64,000 bases of DNA from Bacteroidales bacterium (lineage in GTDB: Bacteria > Bacteroidota > Bacteroidia > Bacteroidales > JBBRXJ01), in NCBI GenBank assembly GCA_038248505.1, contig JBBRXJ010000001.1, positions 81,773-145,772 on the forward strand, written 5' to 3'. Of the stretch, positions 49,763 to 59,100 are shown one piece after another. The position numbers and the translations under genes are program-made. Numbering within the stretch: the stretch's first letter is position 1; each line of letters opens with the position of its first letter. The notes beneath the pieces are model-generated. The model saw only the letters and a list, made by a program, of their open reading frames with translations. It made no database searches and was not told where the DNA came from.

Positions 49763-51058
49763 CCTCTGTCTTGTAAAGTCGTCATTAAAGACGAGCTCTC
49801 CTTTTTCATTAAGTACTTTAACATAATCGACTGTTCCGCAGCTGTTGCTGAATTCGAAACGAAAGCCTAGAAATTCGCCCAAAGGTTTTGTATAGGCTGT
49901 TTCATATACGAGCGTGTTGTCAATATAAATGGAGACTTTTTTATTTACGACTTTTACAAAAAGATCATGCCAATCGTTCATTTCGCGGGCAAAAACACTG
50001 AGATCGTTAGTCCATCCGTTAACATAAATTTCACTAAGATACAATTTTGCAAGAGCAAGGCAACCTTCATTAATCATTGGTATAGTCATAAATCCTTTAG
50101 ATGCCATAATGCCAATATTGGTTCTTTGGCACACATCTTTACCTGCACCAATGTTGTTCTTAATTCGTATTTTGTATGAAATATTATCGGCGTCAATATT
50201 AAAACGTTTTGTATAATAGTAGTTGGCCATATAGGTCTGGCCATAATCAATCTGATTCGCTGTTAATTGTGATGCCGAGATAAATAAAGTACCATCTTTA
50301 ATAACATCATGAATGAATACAGGATGCAGATTATCTTTTTGGGTAATACAGCCTAACCAATCATCCGTACCAGCAAATAATTCCATCTCTTTTAGAATTT
50401 TATTATTTACAATTAATTTTGCTTTTTTACTTCCCGGAATAAAATAAATACGAGTAAGGAAGTTGTTTTCTTTAGTAATAAGATGTTTGCGTTGTTGGTC
50501 TCCTGCAATAATAAAAATGCTATCACTTTTGATTTTCGATACATCAAAAGTGAATTTTACAGAATATGGAACTGTACCTATGGGATTTTGGCATGTAAAC
50601 ACATAATCATTGTCAATATAATCTTCTTTTATTTGTATGAAAAAATAGAGTAAAAAAGAAAGAATAGATACGGCTGTGATTAGTATTATAATTAATCTGT
50701 AATTAATAGTTTTTTTGCTGATAACGTGTTGTTGAGAGTTAAGTTCACCAAGTGATTCGTTTTTTTCAAGCAATTCATGATTCTTTGATTTAAAATCCAT
50801 CCAATCCCGAAAACCGAGATAATTAGAAAGTGCATCAAGTGTATTAGGACCAACATTTCCTTCGTAGTTCACCTTGCCCCAAAGGCGTTTTAAGGTGGTA
50901 ACGCTAATATTTACCTTTGTTTGTTCGCTAATATATTCGCTAAGTCGCACATAGTCACGATGTCGCCAAGATAAGCTGTTGCTCCACTCAAGCTTTTTCT
51001 CTATAAGCTTGATGCAAAGATTAATATATGCTTCTTCGTTAAAAACTTTGTTGTTCAT
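49757..51058 (-). CDS. hypothetical single-pass membrane protein: N-terminal HTH-like cytoplasmic domain + beta-rich extracytoplasmic domain
   Basis: 433 aa. The N-terminus contains VNISVTTLKRLWGK...TLDALSNYLGF. One TM (LIIILITAVSILSFLLYFFI). A jelly-roll-like C-terminus. Divergent from the T9SS cargo gene. Confidence 0.5.
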   Translation of the reverse strand: MNNKVFNEEAYINLCIKLIEKKLEWSNSLSWRHRDYVRLSEYISEQTKVNISVTTLKRLWGKVNYEGNVGPNTLDALSNYLGFRDWMDFKSKNHELLEKNESLGELNSQQHVISKKTINYRLIIILITAVSILSFLLYFFIQIKEDYIDNDYVFTCQNPIGTVPYSVKFTFDVSKIKSDSIFIIAGDQQRKHLITKENNFLTRIYFIPGSKKAKLIVNNKILKEMELFAGTDDWLGCITQKDNLHPVFIHDVIKDGTLFISASQLTANQIDYGQTYMANYYYTKRFNIDADNISYKIRIKNNIGAGKDVCQRTNIGIMASKGFMTIPMINEGCLALAKLYLSEIYVNGWTNDLSVFAREMNDWHDLFVKVVNKKVSIYIDNTLVYETAYTKPLGEFLGFRFEFSNSCGTVDYVKVLNEKGELVFNDDFTRQRE

Positions 51059-51260
51059 ATCATTTCTAAGTCAAAAGTATCTAGTATCAAAAGTAATGAA
51101 AAATGATGAATAGCGTATGTATTTTGTTTAAATGCTTAATTTTATGATATTCAATGAGCTAATTTATTTAATTTTACTATTTGACAATCGATTTTATTAA
51201 ATTTTTTATTGTCATGATTTTGTCTTAACATTGAGTATAATTAATAAAAACAGGAAGAAT

Positions 51261-53627
51261 ATGAAATCTAAAAAACTACTAATTTTTATTGCGTTGCTAG
51301 TTGCGAATGCAAGTATTTTGTTTGGGCAGTATGAGACTCAATTTAAACAGAGGGCTGGTTTTGTAATTCGAAAAACAAATGCTTATGGGGGTAATACACC
51401 TTCTGGTTATAATTTATGTAATCCAGGTGATTATGGAAAATTTTTGCATTTTAAAATTTTAGGAGTATATGCAATAGGCTCATCAAGTACTTATTATGCC
51501 CTTGCAAATACTTGGATGAATACACATAAAACGTGTCCGCTTTTTCACTTTAATTTTTTTGGATTAGCTAGAATCCTTTGTCAATATTCAAATGAGCCCG
51601 CTGTTCAAAGTACGGAACTTAATTATTTGAAGTTAGTATTTAGTAGGACAGATAGCTATAATGCATTTACAGGAGAGGGAACTGAGAATCAGATAAATAT
51701 GAGCAGACCCGCAGCATATCTCTTTTGTCAAATTGTAAAAGCTCGTTACCCTGATAGTGTTGCGGTATGGAATGTTAATCAACGCATGATTGAAATGAAA
51801 AACTATATCATGTGGTATTCGAAACGGATGTTGGAGGTAGGGAATGGGGAGTTTAATTCAACCACCTATGATGCTTATAGTATTGTGCCATGGCTCAATT
51901 TATACGATTATGCTCAAGATAATGATATTAAACTAGCTTCAAAAGCAGTACTTGATTATTTTTCATGTCAACTTGCCGTACATTATATGCGTGGGCAAAT
52001 TGGCGGAACGGATTTAAGAGGCAATGCAACGGCTAGTTTTGGTGGTTCCTCAGGTTATTTAGGCTATTTATGGTTTGGCGATAATCCATGCACCGACACA
52101 ACTGCACTTGCAACAAAGTACTATATAGCAAAAGAGCAGGTTCATGCTGTTGTTGCAGCGCTTAGTACTTATAGACCTCCGCTGTCAGCTGTAAAATTGG
52201 CATTAGGTAAGCTTACTGTACCTGCAATGTATAATAATAGTAAGCCTAGTTATTTGTTAGGTACTGGATCTTATGTGAAGCATACAGATTATATTGATAA
52301 ACAATATAATTTAGGATGTGGTTATTATCCTTACGGTGGTTATTCAAATGCATGCTACGGAATTGTATCATGGAAACTTATTGCACCAACCACCCCAGCA
52401 GTGGGAAATATTCAGTATATATCAGGTATGGGAGGTCTTGATAAGGGAGATGGAAGATATAGGTCGCCATTTGATCAATTTGTTCATCATAATAATGTGC
52501 TTATTCAGATGACACGAGTTCCAGTGAATTACGCAAGCTTATTCTCTAATGTTGATGTATTTATTAATAATTGGATTTGTTTGTGGGAGGAGTCTTTTGT
52601 ACAACGTTTTCCAGGCGATTTACGTTCAGGAAATTCAGGAGCTGAGTGTCCAAATGCGCCAGCAGGTGTATTAAACCCTGTTGGGTCGTTCTCAAAAACA
52701 GGATTTGCAGCATCTTCATGGTTATATATAAAGAACAATACAGGAGCATTAAATACAGCTACTTCCGGAAATTGGTATTTCGTTGACCTCGATTCAATTT
52801 ATCTAGCAGTACGTTCATTATATAATCCTACACCAGTCTATGCAACAGGTAAATTTACTGATGCAGGAGCAACTGATGCAATATGTGGTTTTGTTATGGA
52901 GGTTGGAAATAAAATGGACTTTGCCGATTTTGCCGCATTTCAAACAAATATTACTTCTAATGCCAGCTTGGATAAATCTCAAATTGGTTCAAATAAAATT
53001 TCATACACATCATCACGTGGTGATATAATTGAAGCTACCTACAATACTAGCGGCTCATTTACGGAGCCTATATTTGATTGGGGTTTTGGGCCAACAGCCC
53101 CTCAAAATGAAATGTTAGAAGCTCCAACAAATGATACAGTTCATTCCTTTTTACAGCCCGTATGGCCATCTGGTGTTGGATATGGGAAAATTGCTAGCTG
53201 GAAGGTTAATTCTGTATCCGTTAATTTGGCGACTCCATGGGCTGTATTTGAAGGTCCTCATTTGCTCGTTAAAAATGGAATTTTAAGAGTTTTCGATGGA
53301 ATAGGAGATAGTACACACCTAGATTATACTGGTAGCGTTCCTGTTTATTATCCTCTTACTGGCGAATCTAAGCCAATGAAATCCGATGAAGAAAGTATTG
53401 TTATTTATCCAAATCCTAGTGATGGTATTGTTTATATTTCAGGGGATTACAGCCTTTTAAATGGCTCTACAGCCGAGCTTTTTAATACACTTGGTCAAAT
53501 GGTTTTCAGTTCAAAGTTGAATGGGAGTAGTATGCTAAATATATCAGGGGTAGAAAATGGGGTGTATATGTTACGACTTTTAAAAGGACAACAAACTATT
53601 AAAGCAATTTCCATATTGAAAAAGTAG
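51261..53627 (+). CDS. secreted T9SS substrate (type A Por C-terminal sorting domain), function unknown
   Basis: Start at ATG 51261 (MKSKKLLIFIALL, signal peptide). The C-terminal ~80 aa (IVIYPNPSDGIVYISG...AELFNTLGQMVFS...GVYMLRLLKGQQTIKAISILKK) match the Por secretion tail pattern. Confidence 0.75.
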   Translation: MKSKKLLIFIALLVANASILFGQYETQFKQRAGFVIRKTNAYGGNTPSGYNLCNPGDYGKFLHFKILGVYAIGSSSTYYALANTWMNTHKTCPLFHFNFFGLARILCQYSNEPAVQSTELNYLKLVFSRTDSYNAFTGEGTENQINMSRPAAYLFCQIVKARYPDSVAVWNVNQRMIEMKNYIMWYSKRMLEVGNGEFNSTTYDAYSIVPWLNLYDYAQDNDIKLASKAVLDYFSCQLAVHYMRGQIGGTDLRGNATASFGGSSGYLGYLWFGDNPCTDTTALATKYYIAKEQVHAVVAALSTYRPPLSAVKLALGKLTVPAMYNNSKPSYLLGTGSYVKHTDYIDKQYNLGCGYYPYGGYSNACYGIVSWKLIAPTTPAVGNIQYISGMGGLDKGDGRYRSPFDQFVHHNNVLIQMTRVPVNYASLFSNVDVFINNWICLWEESFVQRFPGDLRSGNSGAECPNAPAGVLNPVGSFSKTGFAASSWLYIKNNTGALNTATSGNWYFVDLDSIYLAVRSLYNPTPVYATGKFTDAGATDAICGFVMEVGNKMDFADFAAFQTNITSNASLDKSQIGSNKISYTSSRGDIIEATYNTSGSFTEPIFDWGFGPTAPQNEMLEAPTNDTVHSFLQPVWPSGVGYGKIASWKVNSVSVNLATPWAVFEGPHLLVKNGILRVFDGIGDSTHLDYTGSVPVYYPLTGESKPMKSDEESIVIYPNPSDGIVYISGDYSLLNGSTAELFNTLGQMVFSSKLNGSSMLNISGVENGVYMLRLLKGQQTIKAISILKK

Positions 53628-53657
53628 ATATAATCTGATATTCTAATTTATTTTAAG

Positions 53658-53694
53658 AAAATGGAGAGCCAGGTGTTTGGTTCTCCATTTTTTA
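53658..53694 (+). terminator. rho-independent terminator
   Basis: AAATGGAGAGCC-loop-GGTTCTCCATTT (one G:U pair), followed by TTTTATTT. Confidence 0.65.
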
Positions 53695-53875
53695 TTTAAT
53701 GTAATAAGATATTGATATTTAAATAATTGCAAGGCTGCGACTTAAAGTAGCACAAAGACTTTAAATATACTCTTTATTGAATTGGGCTGATTTCCATTTC
53801 AATTTAGGATCATATTTTTTAGAAAACTAAACCAATAAGCTCACCTCAAATGCCTATTAATTATCAAAATATTTA

Positions 53876-53883
53876 TATTTTTG
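53876..53883 (+). promoter_or_regulatory. -7 box TATTTTTG
   Basis: Exact TAnnTTTG, 25 nt upstream of ATG 53908. This argues against the track's TTG start at 53881. Confidence 0.45.
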
Positions 53884-53907
53884 TGTAAACTAGAAAATTG
53901 GTTGATA

Positions 53908-54882
53908 ATGAAGCAGGTCCTTTTCGTCGCTATTTCACTGATGTTTGCCATGGGTTCCCATGCCCAAGAGGACGTATTTGATAAACAGAATGCTTTGATT
54001 ATCAAAAAAAACCGAATAAAATCTCAAACTCTTTGGAATTATGCTGTTAAAGACGGAGTAGTGGCGACTGATGGTTATAAAAATGTGTATTCATCTTACG
54101 ATGAGATTGGTAATCAGACTGAAGTCATAAAATATAAAAATACGGGAGCGATTTTTATGATGGAGAGTTATAAATATGACTCTAATAATTATAATACAGG
54201 CTATGTTCGGTATGACGGTAGTAGAAGTCAAATAACTTACAAAAAGGTGTTTAAGTATGATGGCAAGGGTAATAAATTAATTGAAGCTGGTTTTGATGGA
54301 CAAGCAAATTATAAGACCACCTATGAGTATAATGCGAAGAACATGCTTGAAAAGATTAATTATCTCACCGGCGATGTTCCCTATCAGGTGCGCGATTTTG
54401 TTTATATCCCCGATAATTCACGTCTTATAAATGTTTACAATGCTGAGGGTAAGTTTCAGTTTAAAATGCAACAAAAACTTGATGCAAGGGGTAATATTTT
54501 AGAGGATATCGAATTTAAGCCTGACAATCAAACACAGGTGAAGAAATATCTATTCAAGTACGATGCATCTAATAATATTCTTGAAGAAGTGAAGTATGAA
54601 ATGGAAAATTTCTCATACAAAAAATTGAGTACTTATGATGCAAATGGTCGTTTGGCAAAAATAACTCAGCAAGATGCAGATGGTACTATTTATGATATTA
54701 GCAAATATGAATATGATGCAGGTGGTAAACTAGTAAAGGAGTTTTATCGAAAAAAGAATTTGCAAGAATTTTCGTTAAAAAGCTATACCTATGATGCAAA
54801 GAGTATTTGTACTGAGGTAGAGTGTTTTTATGCCAGCTATAATTATAAAGTATTATTCAAATACACGTATGAGTTTTTATAG
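53908..54882 (+). CDS. secreted protein built of about 10 YD-like repeats (Y.YD..GN...E)
   Basis: Start at MKQVLFVAISLMFAMGSHAQ. Repeats include YSSYDEIGNQTE, YKYDSNN, FKYDGKGNKLIE, FKYDASNNILEE, TYDANGRLAK and YEYDAGGKLVKE. Confidence 0.6.
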   Translation: MKQVLFVAISLMFAMGSHAQEDVFDKQNALIIKKNRIKSQTLWNYAVKDGVVATDGYKNVYSSYDEIGNQTEVIKYKNTGAIFMMESYKYDSNNYNTGYVRYDGSRSQITYKKVFKYDGKGNKLIEAGFDGQANYKTTYEYNAKNMLEKINYLTGDVPYQVRDFVYIPDNSRLINVYNAEGKFQFKMQQKLDARGNILEDIEFKPDNQTQVKKYLFKYDASNNILEEVKYEMENFSYKKLSTYDANGRLAKITQQDADGTIYDISKYEYDAGGKLVKEFYRKKNLQEFSLKSYTYDAKSICTEVECFYASYNYKVLFKYTYEFL

Positions 54883-54885
54883 AGA

Positions 54886-54937
54886 AAAAATAGCATAAAA
54901 AAATCCCGCATTTGCGGGATTTTTTTATGCTATTTTT
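54886..54937. terminator. perfect 25-bp-arm palindrome (bidirectional terminator)
   Basis: AAAAATAGCATAAAAAAATCCCGCA-TT-TGCGGGATTTTTTTATGCTATTTTT. GC core hairpin CCCGCA/TGCGGG. Sits between the convergent repeat-protein and ferredoxin genes. Confidence 0.75.
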
Positions 54938-54947
54938 ATTTCATGTT

Positions 54948-55118
54948 TTACTTCTTGGGATGTATTGCCTCTACTGGACAAACATCTGCACAAGCACCAC
55001 AGTCGGTACATGCTTCACCATCGATTTTGTAAATCTGTCCTTCTGAAATAGCTTCAACTGGACATTCATCAATACATGTACCACAAGCTGTGCAATCCTG
55101 ACTAATTACGTATGCCAT
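54948..55118 (-). CDS. 2x[4Fe-4S] ferredoxin (56 aa; below the ORF-track size cut-off)
   Basis: Hand translation: MAYVISQDCTACGTCIDECPVEAISEGQIYKIDGEACTDCGACADVCPVEAIHPKK. It contains two CxxCxxCxxxCP motifs. Confidence 0.9.
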   Translation of the reverse strand: MAYVISQDCTACGTCIDECPVEAISEGQIYKIDGEACTDCGACADVCPVEAIHPKK

Positions 55119-55164
55119 TTTTTTAAAATTTAGTTAAACAATAATATCTTGCCATAAGGCGAAG

Positions 55165-55172
55165 CAAATTTA
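55165..55172 (-). promoter_or_regulatory. -7 box TAAATTTG upstream of ferredoxin
   Basis: The plus strand reads CAAATTTA, 47 nt upstream of the ferredoxin ATG. Confidence 0.45.
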
Positions 55173-55236
55173 AGTCTTTTTTTTTAATTAATTAGTTATT
55201 TTAATGTTTAAAATAGAATGCTTCTTAATAGGGTGT

Positions 55237-56424
55237 TTATTTCGTTAGTAGGCTGTACGATAGGTGCGACATAACCTGCATGCCTGTTAATAAAGATTCT
55301 TCATTTGGATTAAATAGGGGAGAATGAAGAGGAAAATTATTTTTCTTATTAATATTGGCGGTTCCTAGTCGATACATTACCGAGGGAAATTTTTGAGTGA
55401 AGTAGGCAAAATCTTCGGCAATCATTTCCGTTTTAAGATTAATGATTTTTTTAGTAGCGATTATCTTACTTAGCTCTTTTTTTATTCTATGACTTAGTTT
55501 TCGGTCATTCTTTAAAAATGGATATCCATTCTCAATATTCAAATTTATTTTTATTTTATTTTTTCTTGCAATTTTTGCACATGATTTAGCAATAATTTGA
55601 TGTGCTTTTATTCTCCATGTCTCATCCATAGTTCTGAAAGTACCATGTAATTCAATTACACCAGGGATTATATTTGTTGAGCCTTCGGCAATTAGTTTAC
55701 CGAAAACCAAAATTGAGGGAATACTTTTTGGTTTTTTAGTTTCAATAACATGGTTGAGATCATGAATGAGATTACTACAATGTAAAAGCATATTATCAAC
55801 TAAGTCAGGAGTTGCTGCATGACCACCTCTGCCACTTATTTTAATATGTATATCGTCAACTGACGACATATACATATCCGACTTAATACCAATGGTGCCA
55901 ACGGCTAGTTGAGGGTGCACATGCTGGGCTAAAACGTAGTCTGGTTTTTCTTTCTGAAAATATTTTTCATGCATCATGGAGATGGCTCCACCAGGAATTT
56001 TCTCTTCTCCTGGCTGGAATAAGCAGATTATTTTACCATTAAATTGATCACGTATACTATAAAGAGTAATGGCAGTTCCAACAAGAGATGCTGCGTGGAT
56101 ATCGTGACCACAGGCATGCATTACACCTGGTTTTTGTGATTTGTAATCGAAGTTATTTTGTTCTTGTAAAGGCAATGCATCCATGTCGCTTCGCAGTGCA
56201 ATGGTTCGCCCTTTTTCATAACCCTTTATTTCAGCAAAAAAACCAGTACTATTTTTGCATTTGATGGTTTTAATTCCAGCATTATTCAAAAATTGTATAA
56301 GTAGTTTACTTGTTTCCTTTTCCAGAAATGATAATTCAGGATTGGCATGAATCTCCCGGCGAAGATCTACAATATCTGGAAAAATGGCAAGACATTTTTC
56401 GTTTATTTCGGAAGATGTATTCAC
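55237..56424 (-). CDS. M20 family amidohydrolase (N-acyl-amino-acid amidohydrolase type)
   Basis: 395 aa. RREIHANPELSF, MHACGHDIH, QPGEE and GRGGHAA motifs. Confidence 0.85.
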   Translation of the reverse strand: MNTSSEINEKCLAIFPDIVDLRREIHANPELSFLEKETSKLLIQFLNNAGIKTIKCKNSTGFFAEIKGYEKGRTIALRSDMDALPLQEQNNFDYKSQKPGVMHACGHDIHAASLVGTAITLYSIRDQFNGKIICLFQPGEEKIPGGAISMMHEKYFQKEKPDYVLAQHVHPQLAVGTIGIKSDMYMSSVDDIHIKISGRGGHAATPDLVDNMLLHCSNLIHDLNHVIETKKPKSIPSILVFGKLIAEGSTNIIPGVIELHGTFRTMDETWRIKAHQIIAKSCAKIARKNKIKINLNIENGYPFLKNDRKLSHRIKKELSKIIATKKIINLKTEMIAEDFAYFTQKFPSVMYRLGTANINKKNNFPLHSPLFNPNEESLLTGMQVMSHLSYSLLTK

Positions 56425-56542
56425 AAGAATTTATTTATTTAATTGGTCTTGTGGATCTTTCATGAGCAAGATCCTTGGTTCAATTTATATTCATGTCCTT
56501 TTGTGCTACCTCCTTAAAGTTTGTTCTGGTAGCATGAAAGTT

Positions 56543-56911
56543 TCATCGGCCAAAAATCATTTTTGCACCCACAAAAAAGAAGAGAAGACCAAAAAGTTTC
56601 TTTAATAGTTTTTCTGGTATTTCGGTTGAGAAATAAGACCCATAGTAACTTCCTATAAAAAAAGCTACAGAGAGTATAAGGGCAAATTTAACATTCACAT
56701 ACCCCGATTTATAGTAATTCATAACCCCTAAGGCTCCAACTGGTAGTAGCATGAACATTAGACTTGTACCTTGTGCCTCATGCTGTGAAAGACCGAGAAA
56801 GAATACTAAAGCAGGAACCACTATTATTCCGCCACCAATGCCCAACAGGCCGCTTAAAATCCCAGCGGAAGCTCCTGCTAATACCAATATAATAAAAGTG
56901 TTAAATGTCAT
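56543..56911 (-). CDS. half-size TSUP (TauE/SafE, DUF81) family membrane protein
   Basis: 122 aa, 4 TM segments. GILSGLLGIGGGIIVVPALVFFLG...AQGTSL signature. No second half is detectable downstream. Confidence 0.7.
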   Translation of the reverse strand: MTFNTFIILVLAGASAGILSGLLGIGGGIIVVPALVFFLGLSQHEAQGTSLMFMLLPVGALGVMNYYKSGYVNVKFALILSVAFFIGSYYGSYFSTEIPEKLLKKLFGLLFFFVGAKMIFGR

Positions 56912-56931
56912 AATTGTTTTATATAGAAGTT

Positions 56932-56939
56932 CAAAGATA
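56932..56939 (-). promoter_or_regulatory. -7 box TATCTTTG upstream of TSUP gene
   Basis: The plus strand reads CAAAGATA, 21 nt upstream of the ATG at 56911. Confidence 0.4.
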
Positions 56940-57047
56940 ATGAAATATAGATAAAGTCATTTTAATATAACAAATCCAGTTATTCATTCGAATAGGCTTA
57001 TTATATAAGCAAATAATGATTATTTTTATAACGATAATTAGAATACA

Positions 57048-57455
57048 ATGCAGTTAAGATATATTATTATCGTTTTATTAGTACTATTTGCAGATCTGTG
57101 TTTTAGTCAGCATTCTATTGTTACAGAAGAGGTTGCTGCTTCTTTTAAAGAGCGTTTTTATGCTGTTAAAGATGCAGAATGGCAACAAGTTGGTGACACT
57201 TTTAAGTGCGACTTCTGGCAATCAGAAAGGGCTATGATTGCCCTGTTTTCAAATAATGGAAATTGGCTTAAAACAATAACCATTCTTGAAGATGAGGATG
57301 TATCAGAGGCACTTAAATTAAAATTTATTAAGAATAAAGAATCGGCTGAAATCGTTTCAATAGAGCGTATTGAGACCATTTCAGGCGTTGTATTTCAAGT
57401 AAGTTTGAAAACAGGTGAAAAGCTTGAGAAAATAGTATTTGATGCCCTAAAATAA
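57048..57455 (+). CDS. small secreted PepSY-like / BLIP-like domain protein
   Basis: 135 aa with signal peptide. The repeated pattern FKERFYAVKDAEWQQVGDTFKCDF ... is typical of the PepSY-like beta-lactamase-inhibitor-like family as I remember it. Confidence 0.5.
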   Translation: MQLRYIIIVLLVLFADLCFSQHSIVTEEVAASFKERFYAVKDAEWQQVGDTFKCDFWQSERAMIALFSNNGNWLKTITILEDEDVSEALKLKFIKNKESAEIVSIERIETISGVVFQVSLKTGEKLEKIVFDALK

Positions 57456-57537
57456 ATATATACTAGTCAATCAATAAGCAAGTTAGTATATATATGCTTT
57501 TTAAAAAATATAAATGCATATATATAATGCTTTTAGT

Positions 57538-57545
57538 TACTTTTG
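57538..57545 (+). promoter_or_regulatory. -7 box TACTTTTG
   Basis: Exact TAnnTTTG, 21 nt upstream of ATG 57567. It overlaps the track's TTG start, so the ATG is preferred. Confidence 0.45.
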
Positions 57546-57566
57546 CAGAATTATAAAAAAACGTGC

Positions 57567-59093
57567 ATGGCAATAATTGGAACAGTACTTCAGGAAATCG
57601 TTAAGCGAAAAGGCTTTAACACTACTGGCATACAGCATAATATTGAACAGCAGTGCTTAGTTTTAAAGAAGTTACTTAACAAAGCGAAAAAAACCGCTTT
57701 TGGTAAAGCATTTAATTTTGATACGATTTTAAAGTCAAAAGATATTGTTGCTGAATTTCAGAATAATGTTCCAGTTTATGATTATAATTCTATGTATGAA
57801 TCATGGTGGAATCGAGTTCAAGAAGGCGAATCAAATATATGCTGGCCTGGAAAAGTAAAGTATTTTGCATTAACCTCAGGTACTTCTGGAGCAGCAAGTA
57901 AAAAGATACCAATTACCAATGAAATGATTAATGCAATTAGAAAAACAGGCATACGACAAACTTTTGCATTACGAGATTTAAATTTACCCACTTCTTTTTT
58001 TCAGAAAGATGTAATGATGTTAGGTGGAAGCACTAATCTATACAAGTTACAAGATGGTATGGAAGGCGATCTTAGTGGTATTATGCAGCGTAAATTGCCA
58101 TTTTGGTTTGGTAAATTTTATAAGCCGGGTAAGCCTATTGCTAAGGAACGTGACTGGAATCTTAAGCTCAATAAAATTACAAGTGATGCATATAAATGGG
58201 ATATTGGTGCAATGGCAGGTGTTCCAGCTTGGATACAATTATTAATGGAGAAAATAATAGACCATTATCAGGTAGCTAATATTCATGAAATTTGGCCTAA
58301 TTTCAGCGTTTATGTTCATGGTGGTGTAAGTTTTGCTCCCTATCGTAAATCTTTTGAAAAACTCTTAGGAAGAGAAATTTATTATCTTGAAACCTATCTT
58401 GCATCAGAAGGTTTTATTGCTTATCAAAGTAAGCGTGATTCTGATATGCAATTGGTTCTAGATAATGGTATATTTTTTGAATTTATTCCATTCACCGAAG
58501 AGAATTTTGAATGTGATGGTCAATTAAAGGCAAACCCGAAGGCTTTGTTTTTAAAGGATGTAAAACAGGGTGCTGAATATGCTATTCTTCTCTCAACTGT
58601 TGCGGGTGCTTGGCGATATCTGATTGGCGATACTATTAGATTTACCAATATTAATAATTTTGAAATAGTGATATGTGGTCGCACCAAGCATTATCTGAGT
58701 TTGTGTGGAGAACATCTTTCTGTTGAAAATATGACCATGGCTTTGAATAAAGTGGCTGAAGATTTGGGGATAGATATTAAGGAGTTTACGGTTGCAGGTA
58801 TTCCACATGAAAATCTTTTTGCTCATAAGTGGTATATTGGTACGAATAAAACGGATGTGGATTCAAATATCATTAAATCTAAACTCGATGCCGCACTTTG
58901 TGAATTAAATGATGATTATAAAGTTGAACGAAAGGCGGCACTTAAAGATTTGTTAATTGAAATATTACCCGTTGAATTATTTTATGACTACATGAGAGCA
59001 AAGGGTAAAGAAGGGGGACAAAATAAATTTCCTCGTGTTATTGGCTCCCAATATAATGATTGGGATGCTTTCGTAAATCAAAATAAGAATTAG
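57567..59093 (+). CDS. GH3 (Gretchen-Hagen 3 / JAR1-like) acyl-adenylate-forming family protein
   Basis: About 508 aa. FALTSGTSGAASKKIP (P-loop-like), YLASEGF and RYLIGDTIRF motifs are typical of bacterial GH3 auxin-responsive-promoter family proteins. Confidence 0.8.
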   Translation: MAIIGTVLQEIVKRKGFNTTGIQHNIEQQCLVLKKLLNKAKKTAFGKAFNFDTILKSKDIVAEFQNNVPVYDYNSMYESWWNRVQEGESNICWPGKVKYFALTSGTSGAASKKIPITNEMINAIRKTGIRQTFALRDLNLPTSFFQKDVMMLGGSTNLYKLQDGMEGDLSGIMQRKLPFWFGKFYKPGKPIAKERDWNLKLNKITSDAYKWDIGAMAGVPAWIQLLMEKIIDHYQVANIHEIWPNFSVYVHGGVSFAPYRKSFEKLLGREIYYLETYLASEGFIAYQSKRDSDMQLVLDNGIFFEFIPFTEENFECDGQLKANPKALFLKDVKQGAEYAILLSTVAGAWRYLIGDTIRFTNINNFEIVICGRTKHYLSLCGEHLSVENMTMALNKVAEDLGIDIKEFTVAGIPHENLFAHKWYIGTNKTDVDSNIIKSKLDAALCELNDDYKVERKAALKDLLIEILPVELFYDYMRAKGKEGGQNKFPRVIGSQYNDWDAFVNQNKN

Positions 59094-59100
59094 TTTTTGG

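Noticed and set aside
56384-56605. 73-aa plus-strand ORF between the M20 and TSUP genes
   Set aside because: It overlaps the 5' end of the M20 gene and the 3' end of the TSUP gene, and it spans hairpin terminator-like sequences. No motif was found.
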